This document shows, one piece after another, positions 33,997 through 46,168 of a DNA stretch of 64,000 bases. The notes under the pieces are model-generated. The model was not told the origin of the DNA. It ran no database searches and was given only the letters and a program-made list of their open reading frames with translations. The stretch spans positions 224,001 to 288,000 of the forward strand of contig CAWKKR010000005.1 of assembly GCA_963850305.1 (NCBI GenBank). The letters run 5' to 3'. How positions within the stretch are numbered: the first letter of the stretch is position 1; the number at the start of each line of letters is the position of its first letter. This stretch comes from an uncultured delta proteobacterium. Its GTDB lineage: Bacteria; Myxococcota_A; Polyangia; Polyangiales; Polyangiaceae. Position numbers and translations under genes: made by a program.

Positions 33997-34213
33997 CGGG
34001 CACCTTTCGTTGGTCGTGTCGCAACGAAACCAACGCCGGGAGCGCCCGAGTCATAGGACATTCGGGCGGGGTGAGCGCCGGAGAAGCGAGCGCGCCAAGA
34101 CGCGGAACCGTCATCTTGTCGCTGGCGAGTGGCGGATCCGCGGTTGACGCCGTTTGCAGCGACCCATTTTCCGGTTGACGCCAGCCCCGCCCTGCGCGAC
34201 TAGCACGGCCGCT

Positions 34214-35420
34214 ATGACTGTTCCGGAGCGCCCCTTCGCGAGCACGCCAGCGCCCCACGGGAGCCGCGCTCGAGTTCGAGTGCTACATGTCCTCCCATGG
34301 GTGATGATGGGCGGTGTCGAGAGGCGACGGGTGACACTCGCCCGGTTGCTCGGCGGTGACTTCGAGCAGCGGATCGCGTGCCTGTCGGCGTCCGGTGAGA
34401 TCTACCAGCAGCTCCTGGACGATCATGTTCAAGTCCATCAGCTTGGAACCGGCGGCGAGGGCATCGCCAATCCCCTGTTGCATCTGCGGCTGCACCGCCT
34501 CATCCGGCACTTTCGCCCCCAAATTCTGCACGGCGCCATCTTCGAGGGTATGACCTGGGGCGCGCTCGGCGGCCTCCTTCAACGGACGCCTGTTGTCTTG
34601 CTCGAGGAGACGTCGCATCCGAACGGCACTTCACCCGAGTCCATGCGCCGCTCACCGCGGGGCGATGCGGCGGTCCGGTTCTTTGCAAAACGGGTTTCCG
34701 GGGGGATTGTCGCCGTGGCTCCCCGGATCGGCGAGTACCTCATCCGGGAGGTTGGCGTCCCGAGCTCCCGCGGCACGTCATCCTGAATGGGATCCATCGT
34801 TTCGATGTCGCAAGTCCGGAGGCCGTCCGCGCGGAACGACAGCGTCTCGGATTTCCGGAGGGTACCTTCGTCTTGGGGGCGGTGGGGCGCATCCATGAGG
34901 AACACAAGCGATTCGGAGACCTGCTCGAAGCCGTGAAACGGCTCCGAGAGGCGCATCCAGTGCGCGCCATCATCGTGGGTGACGGTCCGGATCTTCCGGC
35001 GCTGAAAGACCGTGCGCGCTTTCTTGGCGTCGACACACACGTAGTGTTCGCGGGCCGGCGCGAGGACAGGGAGCTATTCTTCGGCCTGATGGATGCGTTC
35101 GTCCTGAGCTCTGCCACGGAAGCGGCACCCCTCGCCCTGATGGAAGCGATGATGGCCGGCTTACCCGCCGTCGCCACTACCGTGGGCGGAGTCGAGGACA
35201 TCGCGATCGATCGTGAGACCGCGCTCCTCGTCCCGCCGAACGACGTCGAGCGTTTGGCGGCCGCTATTGCCTCCTCGCGCCATCCGGTCTTGCGGCAGAG
35301 CATCGCAGCACGGGCGCGGGAGCACGCTGTCCAACACCTGTCGGCCGAGCGATACGCTGCGGACGTGCGGGCCCTCTACCTCTCCGAACTCGACCGAGCT
35401 GCTCGCGCGGACGGGGGTGA
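34214..35420 (+). CDS. Glycosyltransferase family 4; frameshift near 34770; 3' end ambiguous
   Basis: RVLHVLP...GGVE, VGDGPD and EAAPLALMEAMMAGLPAVAT. Confidence 0.88.
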
Positions 35421-35457
35421 GGAAGGTAGCTCGACGACACAACGAGACCATCGCGGA

Positions 35458-36394
35458 ATGGCGAAGCCAGATTTTCTCGTAATCGGAGCCCAGAAGTGCG
35501 GCACGACCGAGCTTTGCGCGTCGATCGCAGCTCATCCGCAAGTCTGCTTTTCGCGGCCCAAGGAGCTCTACTTCTTCTGTCGCGACGATATGGATGTTTT
35601 GCCGTATCCATTTTTCGAGCGAGAGTCGGAATGAGAGCGTTCGATTGGAACCGGAGATCCGTCGAACTTATCTCCGCTTACGAGCGACGATTCTCCAAGA
35701 CGGAGCGTCAACTTTGTGGAGAGGGCTCTCCATTCTATTTGCCGTCGTTGCGCGCGGCCACGAGGATCAACCAAACCTACCCCGAGGTGCGACTCATCGT
35801 GATTCTCCGAAACCCGACCGATCGGCATATTCGGCCTACTGGCACCACGTCAAGATGCGCCGCAGCACGCAGAGTTTCGAAAACCACTTGCGCTATGAAA
35901 ATGGCGGCACCTTGAGGTTTGGTCGCTATCGGGAGCAGCTGGAAGGGTACCTGAGGTTGTTTCGGAGGGAGCAACTGCACGTTGTCCTGTTCGAAGATTA
36001 CGTGCGCGATAGAGACCGGGTGCTGGCCGGCCTGTTTGGCTTCCTCGGGATTACGTCGCGCTCCGCGGGATCCGAATCCCGGGGCCGAAATGCGGCTCAA
36101 ATACCATGGTCCCCGGGAACCCAGCGGATCCTGAACGCACTGGAGCGCACCTACCCGAGTCATGGCGAAACCATCGAGTACAACCTGTCGGAGCCACGTG
36201 CATTATGGGAGGTGGCGACGAGCGGCGCGTTGCGCGCTCTCGGATCCATGAACCTGAGGGCCTCGAAGTACGTGCCCATGGGTGCCGAGATTCGTGCGAG
36301 ACTGGATGCCTACTACCAGCGGGAGAACGAGGGACTGGACGAGCTCATTGGCATCGATGCGAGCCGAACTTGGGGTTGGCTGACTAGCTATTAG
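35458..36394 (+). CDS. PAPS-dependent sulfotransferase; frameshifts near 35630 and 35825
   Basis: PDFLVIGAQKCGTT (5'-PSB), KELYFF, GEGSPFY and ILRNPxDRxYSAYWH (3'-PB). Confidence 0.9.
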
Positions 36395-36534
36395 CACTGG
36401 CGGAGAGCGCGGGGAGAGCGCGGGGCGGCACTTCTGGTGCGCGCTCAGCCTTTCGCTTGTCGCCGAGTGCGCACCAGTAGAGCTGGCCTTCACCGAAGTG
36501 GGCGGACGTACTTTAGCAAAACGCCGGGGATGCT

Positions 36535-37740
36535 TCAGGCCGGATCTCTGCCCGGGTGGCTGCGGCCCAAGCAGGTCGCGATACACGCCCATCGTTCGTT
36601 CGACGACCGAGTCGACGCCGAATCGCGACAGGGCGAAATCGCGACCGCGGAGCCCCCGCTCGGCGGCGTCTCGCGGATCGCTCAAGGCGGCTTCGAGCGC
36701 TGCTTCGAGGCTCCTCGAGTCCCGGGGTGGGACGAGCCATCCTGTATGCCCTTCGATGACCGTGTCCCGACAACCGGGTACGTTCGTCGTGACGCAGGGG
36801 CGTCCGACTGCGGCCGCTTCCGCTAAAGCGAGGGGCAGGCCTTCCCGGTAGGACGGGAGAACGACCGCGTGCGCTCGCGCATACGCGTCGGGCATCTCGT
36901 CGTGGCTGTAATCACCCCACCACTCGACGGCGCCGCTAGCGACCCATCGGTCCACCTGTGCTCTGTGATGGCCGCCGGGTTTCCCGGATTGAGGCGACCG
37001 AGTAGAACGAAACGCGCCCTCGGCCAGCGTTCCTTCAAGCGCGTCGCGGCCTCCACGAACTCGCCGACGCCTTTGTCCCAGAGCAGGCGCGCCGGTAAGA
37101 GAGCGACGAAGTCTCCCGCGGGTGTGGGTTGCAGCGTGAACTTGTCGAAATCCACCCCCGACCCGTTGATCAGGACGGTACGCTTGGGAGCCACGAGGTT
37201 CCGCGCGACGAACGTCGATCGATCGTCGTCATTCTGAAAGATGACCCTCGTCTGCTTTCCGTCGAGCGCCAGTCGATACGCGGCCCAGAGCGCCCGTCCG
37301 AGGAGACGGTGTGTCGGGTCGTCCTCGGCGCGCGGAATGAATGCGTAGCCGAGCCCGCTGACGGCGTTCACGATCCCCCTGACGCCGAGGGCTCGTGCCG
37401 CGAGCGAGCCGTAGATCACTGGCTTGATCGTCACGTGATGCACGACATCCGGTCGCTCCCGCAGATACACGCGCACTAGCTCGGCTACCGTTTCCAGTTC
37501 CTGAATCGGTCTCGTTCCGCCGCGGTGAATCGGCAGTGGATGGAACCGGAAGCCGGCATCCTCGATCCGCGACCGGGCATCCGTCTCCCCCGCGCAGACC
37601 GCGACGTCGAAGCCGGCGTCGCGACACGCGAGGGCAAGCGGGAGGCGATGAGAGACGAAGAACCAGTCCGCATTGACCACGAAGAGGAGCTTGTCGCGCC
37701 TCGGGCCATTGCCTGACCGACCCGGGGCCGGCTCGGTCAT
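36535..37740 (-). CDS. Glycosyltransferase family 4; frameshift near 36955; 3' end approximate
   Basis: DWFFVSHRLPLA, TIKPVIYG, ARLLWDKGVGEF and LPSYREGLPLALAEA. Confidence 0.9.
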
Positions 37741-39095
37741 CGGAACTTCGCCACGGCCGCCGCGTGGGCAAGAGGGGGGCGACGGACGTCACGCCGGACG
37801 GCGAGAGCCGGTCGCGTCCGATCGCCGCGAGCGGCGGCGGCTCCGAACTCGCGCGAGTCGAGGATCAAGACGAGCCCCCAGAAAAAGGGGACGAGCGGAA
37901 CCCGATAGCGTGAAAGAGCTCCGAGGTTCGTCGTGGTGAGGCCGACGGCGATTCCGAAACCCAGCGTGAACAGCGTGAAGAACACCAGCATCGGCGATTC
38001 CGAGATGAGCCTCCAGGCTCCCCCGAAACCGCGGCGCGCGAGCGCCCGGATCGTCAGGAACAGGATCGCCGCCGTCTCGAGCGCATTGACGGCGACGAGG
38101 AAACTGTCCGCTTCGAAGAGAAACGGCCGGAACAGCGACGTCACGAGCGCGAGTGGCGCGAATGCAAGCTGACCCACGAGAGTGGTCTGTGTCGGATCGC
38201 CCATGGCGTACGTCGATCCGCCCCTTACGACCTGGCCCACTTCTTGTTGCGTGGCCGCCTGCTCGGCAAGATTGTCGAGCCCGTACTGCGGGAACAGCTG
38301 GCCGAGCACGACCACGCCCCCCGCCGCAAGGAGGCCGCCGAAGATCAAATGGCCCAGGCGCAAGGCGCGCCCCTTCGCCCGGCCGATGTCGAAGTAAAAC
38401 CAGACGGTGCCGGCAAGCACGAGTGGGAAGAGGATGTACGCCTTGATGAGCCCGATGATGAAGGCGCCGCCGAGGAGCTCCAAGAGCGGCATCACGCCAC
38501 CCTCGCGACGAGCCCGCACGAGACCGAGCAAGACGTAGCCGAGCCCCGACATGGCAATCCCCTCTTTGAGCAGCGCCGAGGTCCAGAACACCATCGACGG
38601 CACGAGCGTCGCCGCGAACAGCAGCCGGCGGTGGAGGACCGCAGGAAACGTGAGTGAAAAAGCCCGGTAGAGAGCGACGCCACCAAAATACGCGCCGAGG
38701 GCCACGAGCAGGCACAGGGTGTACGTGGATCCGGCGGTGAGGTAGCTCAGGAACCCCGCGAGGGCGATCATCGACCCCGTGGAAGAGCCGACGCCCGGGA
38801 CCTGAAAGGGGAGGGCTCCGGTGCCGTGAAGAAGGATCCGGAGGACTTCCGGCGCAAAATGTGAGAAGTCGACGCGGAGTAAGGCGGCCAGCGTCTCGCC
38901 GAGGTTGGTGTAGTTGAAGAGATCCCCTCCTCCATAAACGCTTCGGGTGAGCCACACCTGTAGAAATGCGGAGGAAACATGCGCGACGAAGCTCAGGATC
39001 AGGAGCGTCCGCTCCCAGGGGGCGAATTTTGACGCCTGGATCAGCGCCGCGAAGGCGCCGACAAGCACCAGAAGGAAGGGAACGATGCTGCTCAT
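37737..39095 (-). CDS. Polytopic membrane protein, putative Wzy polymerase
   Basis: Multiple TMs; FWTSALLKE, LFRPFLFEA and NLGALSRYR motifs; polysaccharide-locus context. Confidence 0.6.
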   Translation of the reverse strand: MSSIVPFLLVLVGAFAALIQASKFAPWERTLLILSFVAHVSSAFLQVWLTRSVYGGGDLFNYTNLGETLAALLRVDFSHFAPEVLRILLHGTGALPFQVPGVGSSTGSMIALAGFLSYLTAGSTYTLCLLVALGAYFGGVALYRAFSLTFPAVLHRRLLFAATLVPSMVFWTSALLKEGIAMSGLGYVLLGLVRARREGGVMPLLELLGGAFIIGLIKAYILFPLVLAGTVWFYFDIGRAKGRALRLGHLIFGGLLAAGGVVVLGQLFPQYGLDNLAEQAATQQEVGQVVRGGSTYAMGDPTQTTLVGQLAFAPLALVTSLFRPFLFEADSFLVAVNALETAAILFLTIRALARRGFGGAWRLISESPMLVFFTLFTLGFGIAVGLTTTNLGALSRYRVPLVPFFWGLVLILDSREFGAAAARGDRTRPALAVRRDVRRPPLAHAAAVAKFR

Positions 39096-39317
39096 TTGGC
39101 GCTTGGGGGTACCCCACGTCCGATCCATTCAGCGGACGCGGGATTATCGAGGCTATCGCGGACCCGTGCGGACACAAATTCGATCGTGATCCACGAGTCA
39201 CCGAAACGCCACGCGGGCCCGAGCCGGCAGCTCGTAGGGGGTGGACTTCCGCGCCGCCTGGGTGAATGCTCGGCCCCGTCGGGGCATCCGTTGTGAGCAC
39301 GGCATGGGTTCTGGTTC

Positions 39318-40808
39318 ATGATGGGAGCACTTTTTGCTGGATTGGTGGCCATCTTCGTGGCCGCCCTGCTGACGCCGGTCGTGCGGCGTTTCGCGCTGGC
39401 TATAGGAGCGGTGGACATCCCCGGAGGCCGCAGGGTTCACGTGTCGGCGACCCCGCGTCTCGGTGGCGTTGCCATCGTCGTCGCGTACTCGGTTGCGATT
39501 CTCTTTAGTCTGAGCGTGGGACTGATCGGCAAGCTGATCTGGAGCTGGCCCGCTCTCTGGACGTTCCTTGGCGCCGGACTCCTCGTCGCCGGCACCGGTG
39601 CGATGGACGACGTGCGCGCGCTCGGCGCCAAGCGGAAGCTCTTCGTTCAGTGCGTGGCGGCTTCGTGCGCCTGGCTCGGAGGTGTCCGCATCGCTTCGGC
39701 CATTTTCGTTCCGGGACTCGGGCACGTGGTCATCGGGGGACCGGCCAGCTACCTCGCGACGGTGGTCTGGATCGTGGCCTTCATCAACGCCATCAACTTG
39801 ATCGACGGCCTCGACGGTCTGGCGGGCGGCGTCGTCTTCTTTGCCGCCGTGACGAACCTCGTCGTTGCCGTGGTCACGGGAAATGGGCTGGCCGCAGTAC
39901 TGAATGCGGCGCTCGGCGGGGCGGTGCTGGGCTTTTTATTTTACAACTTCAACCCGGCAACGATCTTCATGGGGGACACCGGCAGCATGTTCCTGGGCTA
40001 CGCGCTCGGCGCGGCCGCTCTCATGACGGGGCGTCAGAAGGAAAGCACGGTCGTTTCGTTGCTGGTCCCGGTCATCGCGCTCGGATTTCCGTTCACGGAT
40101 ACGTTGCTGGCGACCATCCGGCGGGTGATCGCGAGGCGATCGATCTTCGCGGCGGACCGCCAGCATCTGCATCACCGGTTGCTGGATCTCGGTCTGACGC
40201 ACCGCCGCGCCGTACTGCTGCTCTACGGCTGCAGTCTGTTTCTTTGTGCCGCCGCACTTGCCGTCGCGCTCGGACGGAACTGGCAGGTGGGAGCGGCCAT
40301 TACCGCTGCCGTGCTGTCGATGGTCGGCGTGACGCGTTTCGCCCGCCTGTTCGAGGTGATGCTCCTCAGGCGCCAGCAGCGGGCAACCTTGCTCAATGCG
40401 TCCGCAAGTGCGCTCCGCAGAGCGGTGCCGTCGATCGTGGTCACGACGGAGGCTGCCGGATCGCCGACCGCGGTCTGGGCGGCCCTCGAACGGCTACTCG
40501 TAGCCGGGCAGTTCGCCTACGCGGAGTACTGTCCGGCGGGAGAAGCCCCGGTTTGGAAATGGGACCGGCCCAATGATCGCCGGTGCGAAGGAAAGCTGCT
40601 CGAGAGCTCTTTCCCGATTCGAGTCTTCCCCGGTGTCGAGGAGGGTACACTTCGATTTGGCTGTATCTCGGACGAGCCGGATCTCGCCCCGCAGGTGGAG
40701 ATTCTCCTCCAGATTATCGCGGATGTCGTGGAGGGTGCCCTGGTTCGCATTCACGTAGAGTCGCCGACGAGCATGGTTCGCGCGGTTGCTACGGCGCAGA
40801 ATTCCTGA
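39318..40808 (+). CDS. Undecaprenyl-phosphate GlcNAc-1-P transferase (WecA/MraY family) with C-terminal extension
   Basis: PRLGGVAI, GAMDD, NAINLIDGLDGLA, NFNPATIFMGDTGS and DRQHLHHRL. Confidence 0.93.
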   Translation: MMGALFAGLVAIFVAALLTPVVRRFALAIGAVDIPGGRRVHVSATPRLGGVAIVVAYSVAILFSLSVGLIGKLIWSWPALWTFLGAGLLVAGTGAMDDVRALGAKRKLFVQCVAASCAWLGGVRIASAIFVPGLGHVVIGGPASYLATVVWIVAFINAINLIDGLDGLAGGVVFFAAVTNLVVAVVTGNGLAAVLNAALGGAVLGFLFYNFNPATIFMGDTGSMFLGYALGAAALMTGRQKESTVVSLLVPVIALGFPFTDTLLATIRRVIARRSIFAADRQHLHHRLLDLGLTHRRAVLLLYGCSLFLCAAALAVALGRNWQVGAAITAAVLSMVGVTRFARLFEVMLLRRQQRATLLNASASALRRAVPSIVVTTEAAGSPTAVWAALERLLVAGQFAYAEYCPAGEAPVWKWDRPNDRRCEGKLLESSFPIRVFPGVEEGTLRFGCISDEPDLAPQVEILLQIIADVVEGALVRIHVESPTSMVRAVATAQNS

Positions 40809-40816
40809 CCCCGTCC

Positions 40817-41509
40817 ATGTTCAACGATACGTACAACGACCGTCTCTTTCGTGGAGGCGTGCGGCGGTTCTTGCACATGGGGCGCTTCGTTTGGCTGGCG
40901 CAGAGAGTCGCTCGGCTGGATCCGGAAGCCGAAACCGTCGTCGAACTCGGCTGCTACGACGGAAGGATTCTCGATCATCTTCGACGAAAGCCGCGTCGCT
41001 ACGTAGGCTACGACGCGAACTGGGAGGGCGGCCTGGACCTCGCGAGGGCGAAGTGGTCGGGTCACCCGGAGCGGGAATTTCGATTTGCCGAGTCCCCGGC
41101 GGACATCGATCTCCGCGAGCGTTTCGACATCGGCGTCTGCATGGAAACTCTGGAGCACATCCCCGACCCGATGGTGGACGGATATATCGACGCGCTCGCG
41201 ACCCTCGTCCGGAGTCGCCTGTACGTGACCATTCCGAACGAAAAGCACCTCCCGTTTCTCGCGAAGTATGTCTATCACGCGTTCGCCGGAGGAGGTCATC
41301 CGTACACGCCGGCGGAGGTCGTGAACGCGGCTCTCGGGAGATTGACTCGCGTCGCCCGCGACAACCACAAGGGCTTCGACTACGAAGCCATGGTCCGGAG
41401 GCTCGAGCGCCGGTTCGTGATCGAGAGCGTCGAGGGAGACAGGCGCCTGAGCCTGCCCGCTTCGGTAAGCATGGGCGTGTCGATCATCGCTCGCCCGCGG
41501 CCGTCATGA
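40817..41509 (+). CDS. Class I SAM-dependent methyltransferase
   Basis: VVELGCYDG and CMETLEHIP. Confidence 0.85.
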   Translation: MFNDTYNDRLFRGGVRRFLHMGRFVWLAQRVARLDPEAETVVELGCYDGRILDHLRRKPRRYVGYDANWEGGLDLARAKWSGHPEREFRFAESPADIDLRERFDIGVCMETLEHIPDPMVDGYIDALATLVRSRLYVTIPNEKHLPFLAKYVYHAFAGGGHPYTPAEVVNAALGRLTRVARDNHKGFDYEAMVRRLERRFVIESVEGDRRLSLPASVSMGVSIIARPRPS

Positions 41510-41669
41510 CCGTCCCGAAGGCGCGATCGTGCGAGCCAGCGAACCCTTGCGAGCGGGATTTTGGCCCGGTTTGTGTTGAGCGGAGCCGCGATTTCGTGCG
41601 AAAAGGCTTCGCGAGGCTGATCGGAGCTCGGACCGCGAAGATGGTCGTAACGCAAGCGGCATTCGGAAC

Positions 41670-43890
41670 GTGACGGACATCCCGACCCCCTCCAACGGTC
41701 CCACTCGGGCCGAGCTCGGCAGTACGCGTTCTGCTTTCGATGAAGTCTGGTTCGCTCTCCGGAAGAACTGGGCGCTCGCCGTCGGGACGGCAACGGCGGT
41801 CATCCTGGGCGTGGCGTTCTTCACCATTGGCCAGACGCGCATCTACGAGGTGAGCGCGGTCGTGTTGTTCGATCCGTCGGATCCGCACCCGCTCGGCAAT
41901 CAGTTCACGATCGTCGATACCGGCGGTCAGTACTGGAATAACAAGGAGTACTACAAGACGCAGATGTGGTTGCTGCAGTCCCCGCCGATTCTCGAGGCGG
42001 TCGTTCAGCAGCTCAACCTCAACAAGGACGTAACGTTCCTCGAGGGCTTACCCCGGAGTGCCCGACGTCTGCCGAAGGAGGTCTCGGTCAGCGCGGCCGC
42101 CGGGATCTTGTCCGCGTCGCTTTCCGTGGACGCGGTGAAGGAGAGCCGCCTCGCGGAAGTGAAGTTCCGCGACGCGGATCCGGAACGCGCGCAGCGGATC
42201 CTCACGGCGCTCATCGATACCTACGTGCAGAATAATCTCGACGAGCTGACGGCAGCATCGGTGACCGCGGCCGATTGGTTGCGGAACCAGCTGGACACCC
42301 TCGGCAAGGACCTCGACAACAGCGAGCTGGCACTCCACCAGTACAAGAAAGAAAAAAATATCCTGTATCTGTCGATGGACGACCAGTCGAACATGCTGCG
42401 TAACGAGATGCAGCAACTGAGCACCGCCCTGACGACGGCTCGCGCGAAGGCGGAGCAGATAGCGTCCCGGCGGGACCAGATCATGAAGGTCTCCGCGAAC
42501 GATGGACTGAATCTCCCCGTCAGCGAGGTTCTGAACAGTCCCACGGTGCAAGCGCTCGAGGGAGAGTACGTGAGCGCGAAGGGCAACCTGGATGCACTGA
42601 TCGCTTCGGGCAAGGGAGCCAATCACCCCGACGTGCGAGCGGCGACCGCTCACCTGGAAAACGTCCGAGCGGCGCTTCAGGTGGAAATCAACAATCTCAA
42701 AGGTGCGCTTGCCGGCGATCTCGCAGCGGCGGGTCGCGAGGAAGACGGACTCAAGAGGCTCTTCGAGGAAGCCCAGCAGAATGCGCTCGACCTGAACTTG
42801 CTCGAGATCGAATACGACAAGCTGCGTAGAACCAAGGAGAACAACGAAAAGCTGTTTTCCTTCGTCATGGAGCGCAGCAAGGAGAGCGATCTCGACGAAG
42901 ATGCTCCGGATCAACAACATCCGGATCGTGGAGCGACCCTCTCGGCCGCAGCAGCCGGTCGTGCCGAACGTTCTCTTGAACGGCCTCGTCGGTCTGGCGG
43001 CGGCGCTCGTGCTCGGGCTAGGGGTCGCGGTGGGTCGAGAACAGCTCGACCGCAGCATGAAGACTCCCGACGACCTCGAGCGGGAGCTCGGGCTGTCGTT
43101 CATCGGGCTGCTGCCTGCGGTGGATGTGGACGACGGCGCAATAGAGCTCATCCTGCACGAGAAACCGACGAGCGGCATCGCGGAAGCCGCGCGGGCCATC
43201 CGTACGAACGTGATGTTCATGTCACCGGACCGGCCTTATCGGACCGTGCTCGTGACGAGCGCCGGCCCCTCCGAGGGCAAGACCATGGTCGCTTGCTGTT
43301 TCGCGATCGCCATGGCGCAGGCGGGGCGCCGCGTCGTCCTCCTCGATTGCGACCTGAGGCGCCCGCGTCTTCACCGCATCTTCGGGAAGAGCCAGGAGGT
43401 CGGCATCACGACGGCCATCCTCGAGGCGAATCCCATCGTTTCCCGGATCGCGCAGGAGACCCAGGTCCCGAGGCTCTCCGTGGTCACGACGGGACCTCTG
43501 CCTCCGAATCCGTCGGAGATCTTCCACAGCGAGGCGTTTGCCAAGCTGCTCGAGGGGCTCAAGGCTCAGTTCGATTGCGTCGTGATCGACAGCCCCCCCG
43601 TGACTCCGGTGACCGACGCGACGATTCTCTCGGCCAGCGTCGATGGGACGTTGCTCGTCGTCCGTGCCTTTCAGACGTCCAAGGACCTCGCCCGCAGGGC
43701 CGCACGTTCCCTCGGAGACGTCGGGGCCCACATCATCGGCGGCATCCTCAACTCGGTCGACCTCAACCGGCACGAATACGGCTACCGATATTACTATTAT
43801 CAGAGGGAAGGGTACGCGGCGGCGTCCCAAGTTCCCCCTCCGCCTCGGAACGGACAGGGCGGAGACTCCGAGGACGTTTCGGCTTCGTGA
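41670..43890 (+). CDS. Wzc-type chain-length regulator/tyrosine autokinase; frameshift near 42895
   Basis: Two TMs and a coiled coil; Walker A SAGPSEGKT, DCDLRRP, IDSPP and the Tyr cluster YGYRYYYY. Confidence 0.92.
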
Positions 43891-43932
43891 GCTTCACGCG
43901 GCCGGGGTCGTGTCGCGGCCGAAACGGTACAT

Positions 43933-45046
43933 ATGCACCATTCCCTCGCAGCCGCCTTCGGATCGAAACGCGTTCCGTGACCGGGAACACGGGCTTCAAG
44001 GGCTCCTGGCTCGGCATCTGGCTGAGCCGTCTCGGCGCGCGGGTCACGGGGTACTCGCTCCCGCCTCCGTCCACGCCGAGTCTCTACGAAGCCGCCGATG
44101 TGCGGCGACTGGTTGAAGCAGACTATCGAGCCGACATCCGGGACGCGCCCGCGGTCGACCGCGCCGTGCGCGAGGCCCAGCCGGACATAGTCTTCCATCT
44201 GGCAGCTCAGCCGCTCGTCCTCGGGGATACGAGGCTCCGGCGGAGACGTTCGCTACGAACGTCATGGGCACGGTCAACCTGCTCGAGGCGATACGCAGGG
44301 CAGGACGGCCGTGCATCATCGTCGTCGTCACCACGGACAAGTGCTACGTAAACCGCGAAGTAGTCTGGGGCTACCGCGAGGAAGATCCGCTCGGTGGCGC
44401 CGATCCGTATAGCGCCAGCAAAGCCGCGACGGAGATCGCCGCCGCTGCGTACGCGAGGTCGTTCTTTGAAGGAGGGAGCGTGGGCCAGGCGGGCATCCGG
44501 ATGGCGACCGCGCGGGCCGGCAACGTCATCGGCGGCGGCGACTGGGCGGCGAATCGGCTAGTCCCGGACATCGTGAAGGCGATCGCCTCCGGAAAGCGTG
44601 TTCAGATCAGAAATCCCACCGCGATTCGACCCTGGCAACACGTCTTGGAGCCGCTGGCAGGGTACCTCGCGCTGGCGTCGGCCATGTCGGGCGAATGGGA
44701 GCACGGCCCGGGGAGCTCCTGGAATTTCGGCCCGCGTTCGGGGGACGAATTGCCCGTGCGGACACTGGTGAACCGGCTCTGCGCCGTCTGGGGGCGTGGG
44801 AGTTATGACGAGGTGCCCGACGCGCGAGCGCCGCATGAAGCCGGGATCCTCCGGTTGAGCATCGACAAGGCGCTCAGCGGTCTTCCCTGGGCGCCGAAGT
44901 GGACCGCCGACGAGGCAATCGCACGCACCGCAGGCTGGTACCGGGGCTGTTACGAGGTCCCGGGATTTTCGGCGTACGACGCCTGCATGCAGGACATCGA
45001 CGCGTACTTCGAACCCGTGGACGGGCGCTTGGCCGAGTCCGAATAG
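43933..45046 (+). CDS. rfbG: CDP-glucose 4,6-dehydratase; frameshifts near 43975 and 44225
   Basis: VTGNTGFKGSWL, FHLAAQPLV, TTDKCY, DPYSASK, RAGNVIGGGDW and RPWQHVLEPL. Confidence 0.92.
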
Positions 45047-45095
45047 CCGCGGGGCCAGCTCGGGCGAGCGAGGGGCGGCTCTGAGGACGCGCGTC

Positions 45096-46163
45096 TCATT
45101 GCGATGCGAGGAGCGACTCGAAGACGGCGTCCCACCTGGCGAGTGAACGCTCCTCGGAGTGTTCGGCCGTGACGTATCGTCTTCCGGCCATGCCGGCCTC
45201 CCTGCGGGCGGTCTCGTCCTCGCCGAATCGCTCGAGCAACGACTCCCACTCGGACGGCGTCCTCGCGTACATCCGGATCCCGGCGGCATCCATCGTTCTG
45301 ACGTACGCTGGCGTGGCCGACGTGATGGTGGGCATCCCCATGCGCCAGAACAGGAGAAGTTTGTTCTCTGGCTTGGCAACGTAGACGGGATCACTCATGA
45401 GGATGGGGATGAAGGCCAGATCGCACGCGGTAGCGACGTGCGCGAGCATCATCGGGTTGTAGTCATACATGAACGTCGGGACGTGGCGGTCGAGGCCGCT
45501 CAGCAGCCGACGCGTGGGCAGCTCCGGCACGGGCGCATTGAAGGGCTTCTGCCATGTATCGGTGAAGAGATGCAAGGCGACGGGACGGCGTCTCGAGAGC
45601 CGAAGCAGCGCATCGCGAACCTCGACGAACACCACCAGGTTGCCGCCGATCCCCTCCCAGAACAGGTGCAGGGTCTCGCCGGCCGCCCGGTAATCGTCCT
45701 TCGTCCGGCGAACGTCGTCCACGTGAAAATCCAGGATCGGATGGACGTTCGGGCTCAGCTCGTCGAGCTTCTTCTTCTGTTCGGAGGTGCTGCAGACGAC
45801 GGCGTCCGAGCGGGAGAAGATACGGCGGAGCGAGTCCTTGTAGTCCCACTCGAGGTGGCGGTGTTGCCGGAACGCGAACTTTGCCGCTCCACGGAGGCGC
45901 GACTTCCACAGGTGGTCGTCGATGTCGAGATTCGAGTCGGGCATGTCGCACACGAGGCGGGCGCCCCCGCGAGGCAATCGGCTCCACCGGGTCAAATCCG
46001 CGAGCGGGCTCAGCACCACGACGTCGTAGTCTTGGCCCTCGCGGTACACCTCCCAGTCGAGCTTCCGCGCACGCGCATAGTGGCAGAACCTTCGCCGGTC
46101 GCCGGGAGCCGACAGGTCAGGCCGGTTCGGGACGTAGGCGACCTTGCGTCTGGTGGCAGCCAC
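45096..46163 (-). CDS. Glycosyltransferase-like protein (GT-B fold)
   Basis: DAVVCST, FWEG and KPENKLLLFWRMGMP; context. Confidence 0.6.
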   Translation of the reverse strand: MAATRRKVAYVPNRPDLSAPGDRRRFCHYARARKLDWEVYREGQDYDVVVLSPLADLTRWSRLPRGGARLVCDMPDSNLDIDDHLWKSRLRGAAKFAFRQHRHLEWDYKDSLRRIFSRSDAVVCSTSEQKKKLDELSPNVHPILDFHVDDVRRTKDDYRAAGETLHLFWEGIGGNLVVFVEVRDALLRLSRRRPVALHLFTDTWQKPFNAPVPELPTRRLLSGLDRHVPTFMYDYNPMMLAHVATACDLAFIPILMSDPVYVAKPENKLLLFWRMGMPTITSATPAYVRTMDAAGIRMYARTPSEWESLLERFGEDETARREAGMAGRRYVTAEHSEERSLARWDAVFESLLASQ

Positions 46164-46168
46164 TTCCT

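Noticed and set aside
34873..35634. Natural GT4-sulfotransferase fusion
   Set aside because: One extra G in the GGGGG run near 35413-35417 would create a TGA at the expected GT end, and the region is indel-prone. It needs a read check before any claim.
41670..44351. 893-aa Wzc-RfbG fusion ORF
   Set aside because: The middle is out-of-frame nonsense; the real kinase domain is in ORF 42901-43890.
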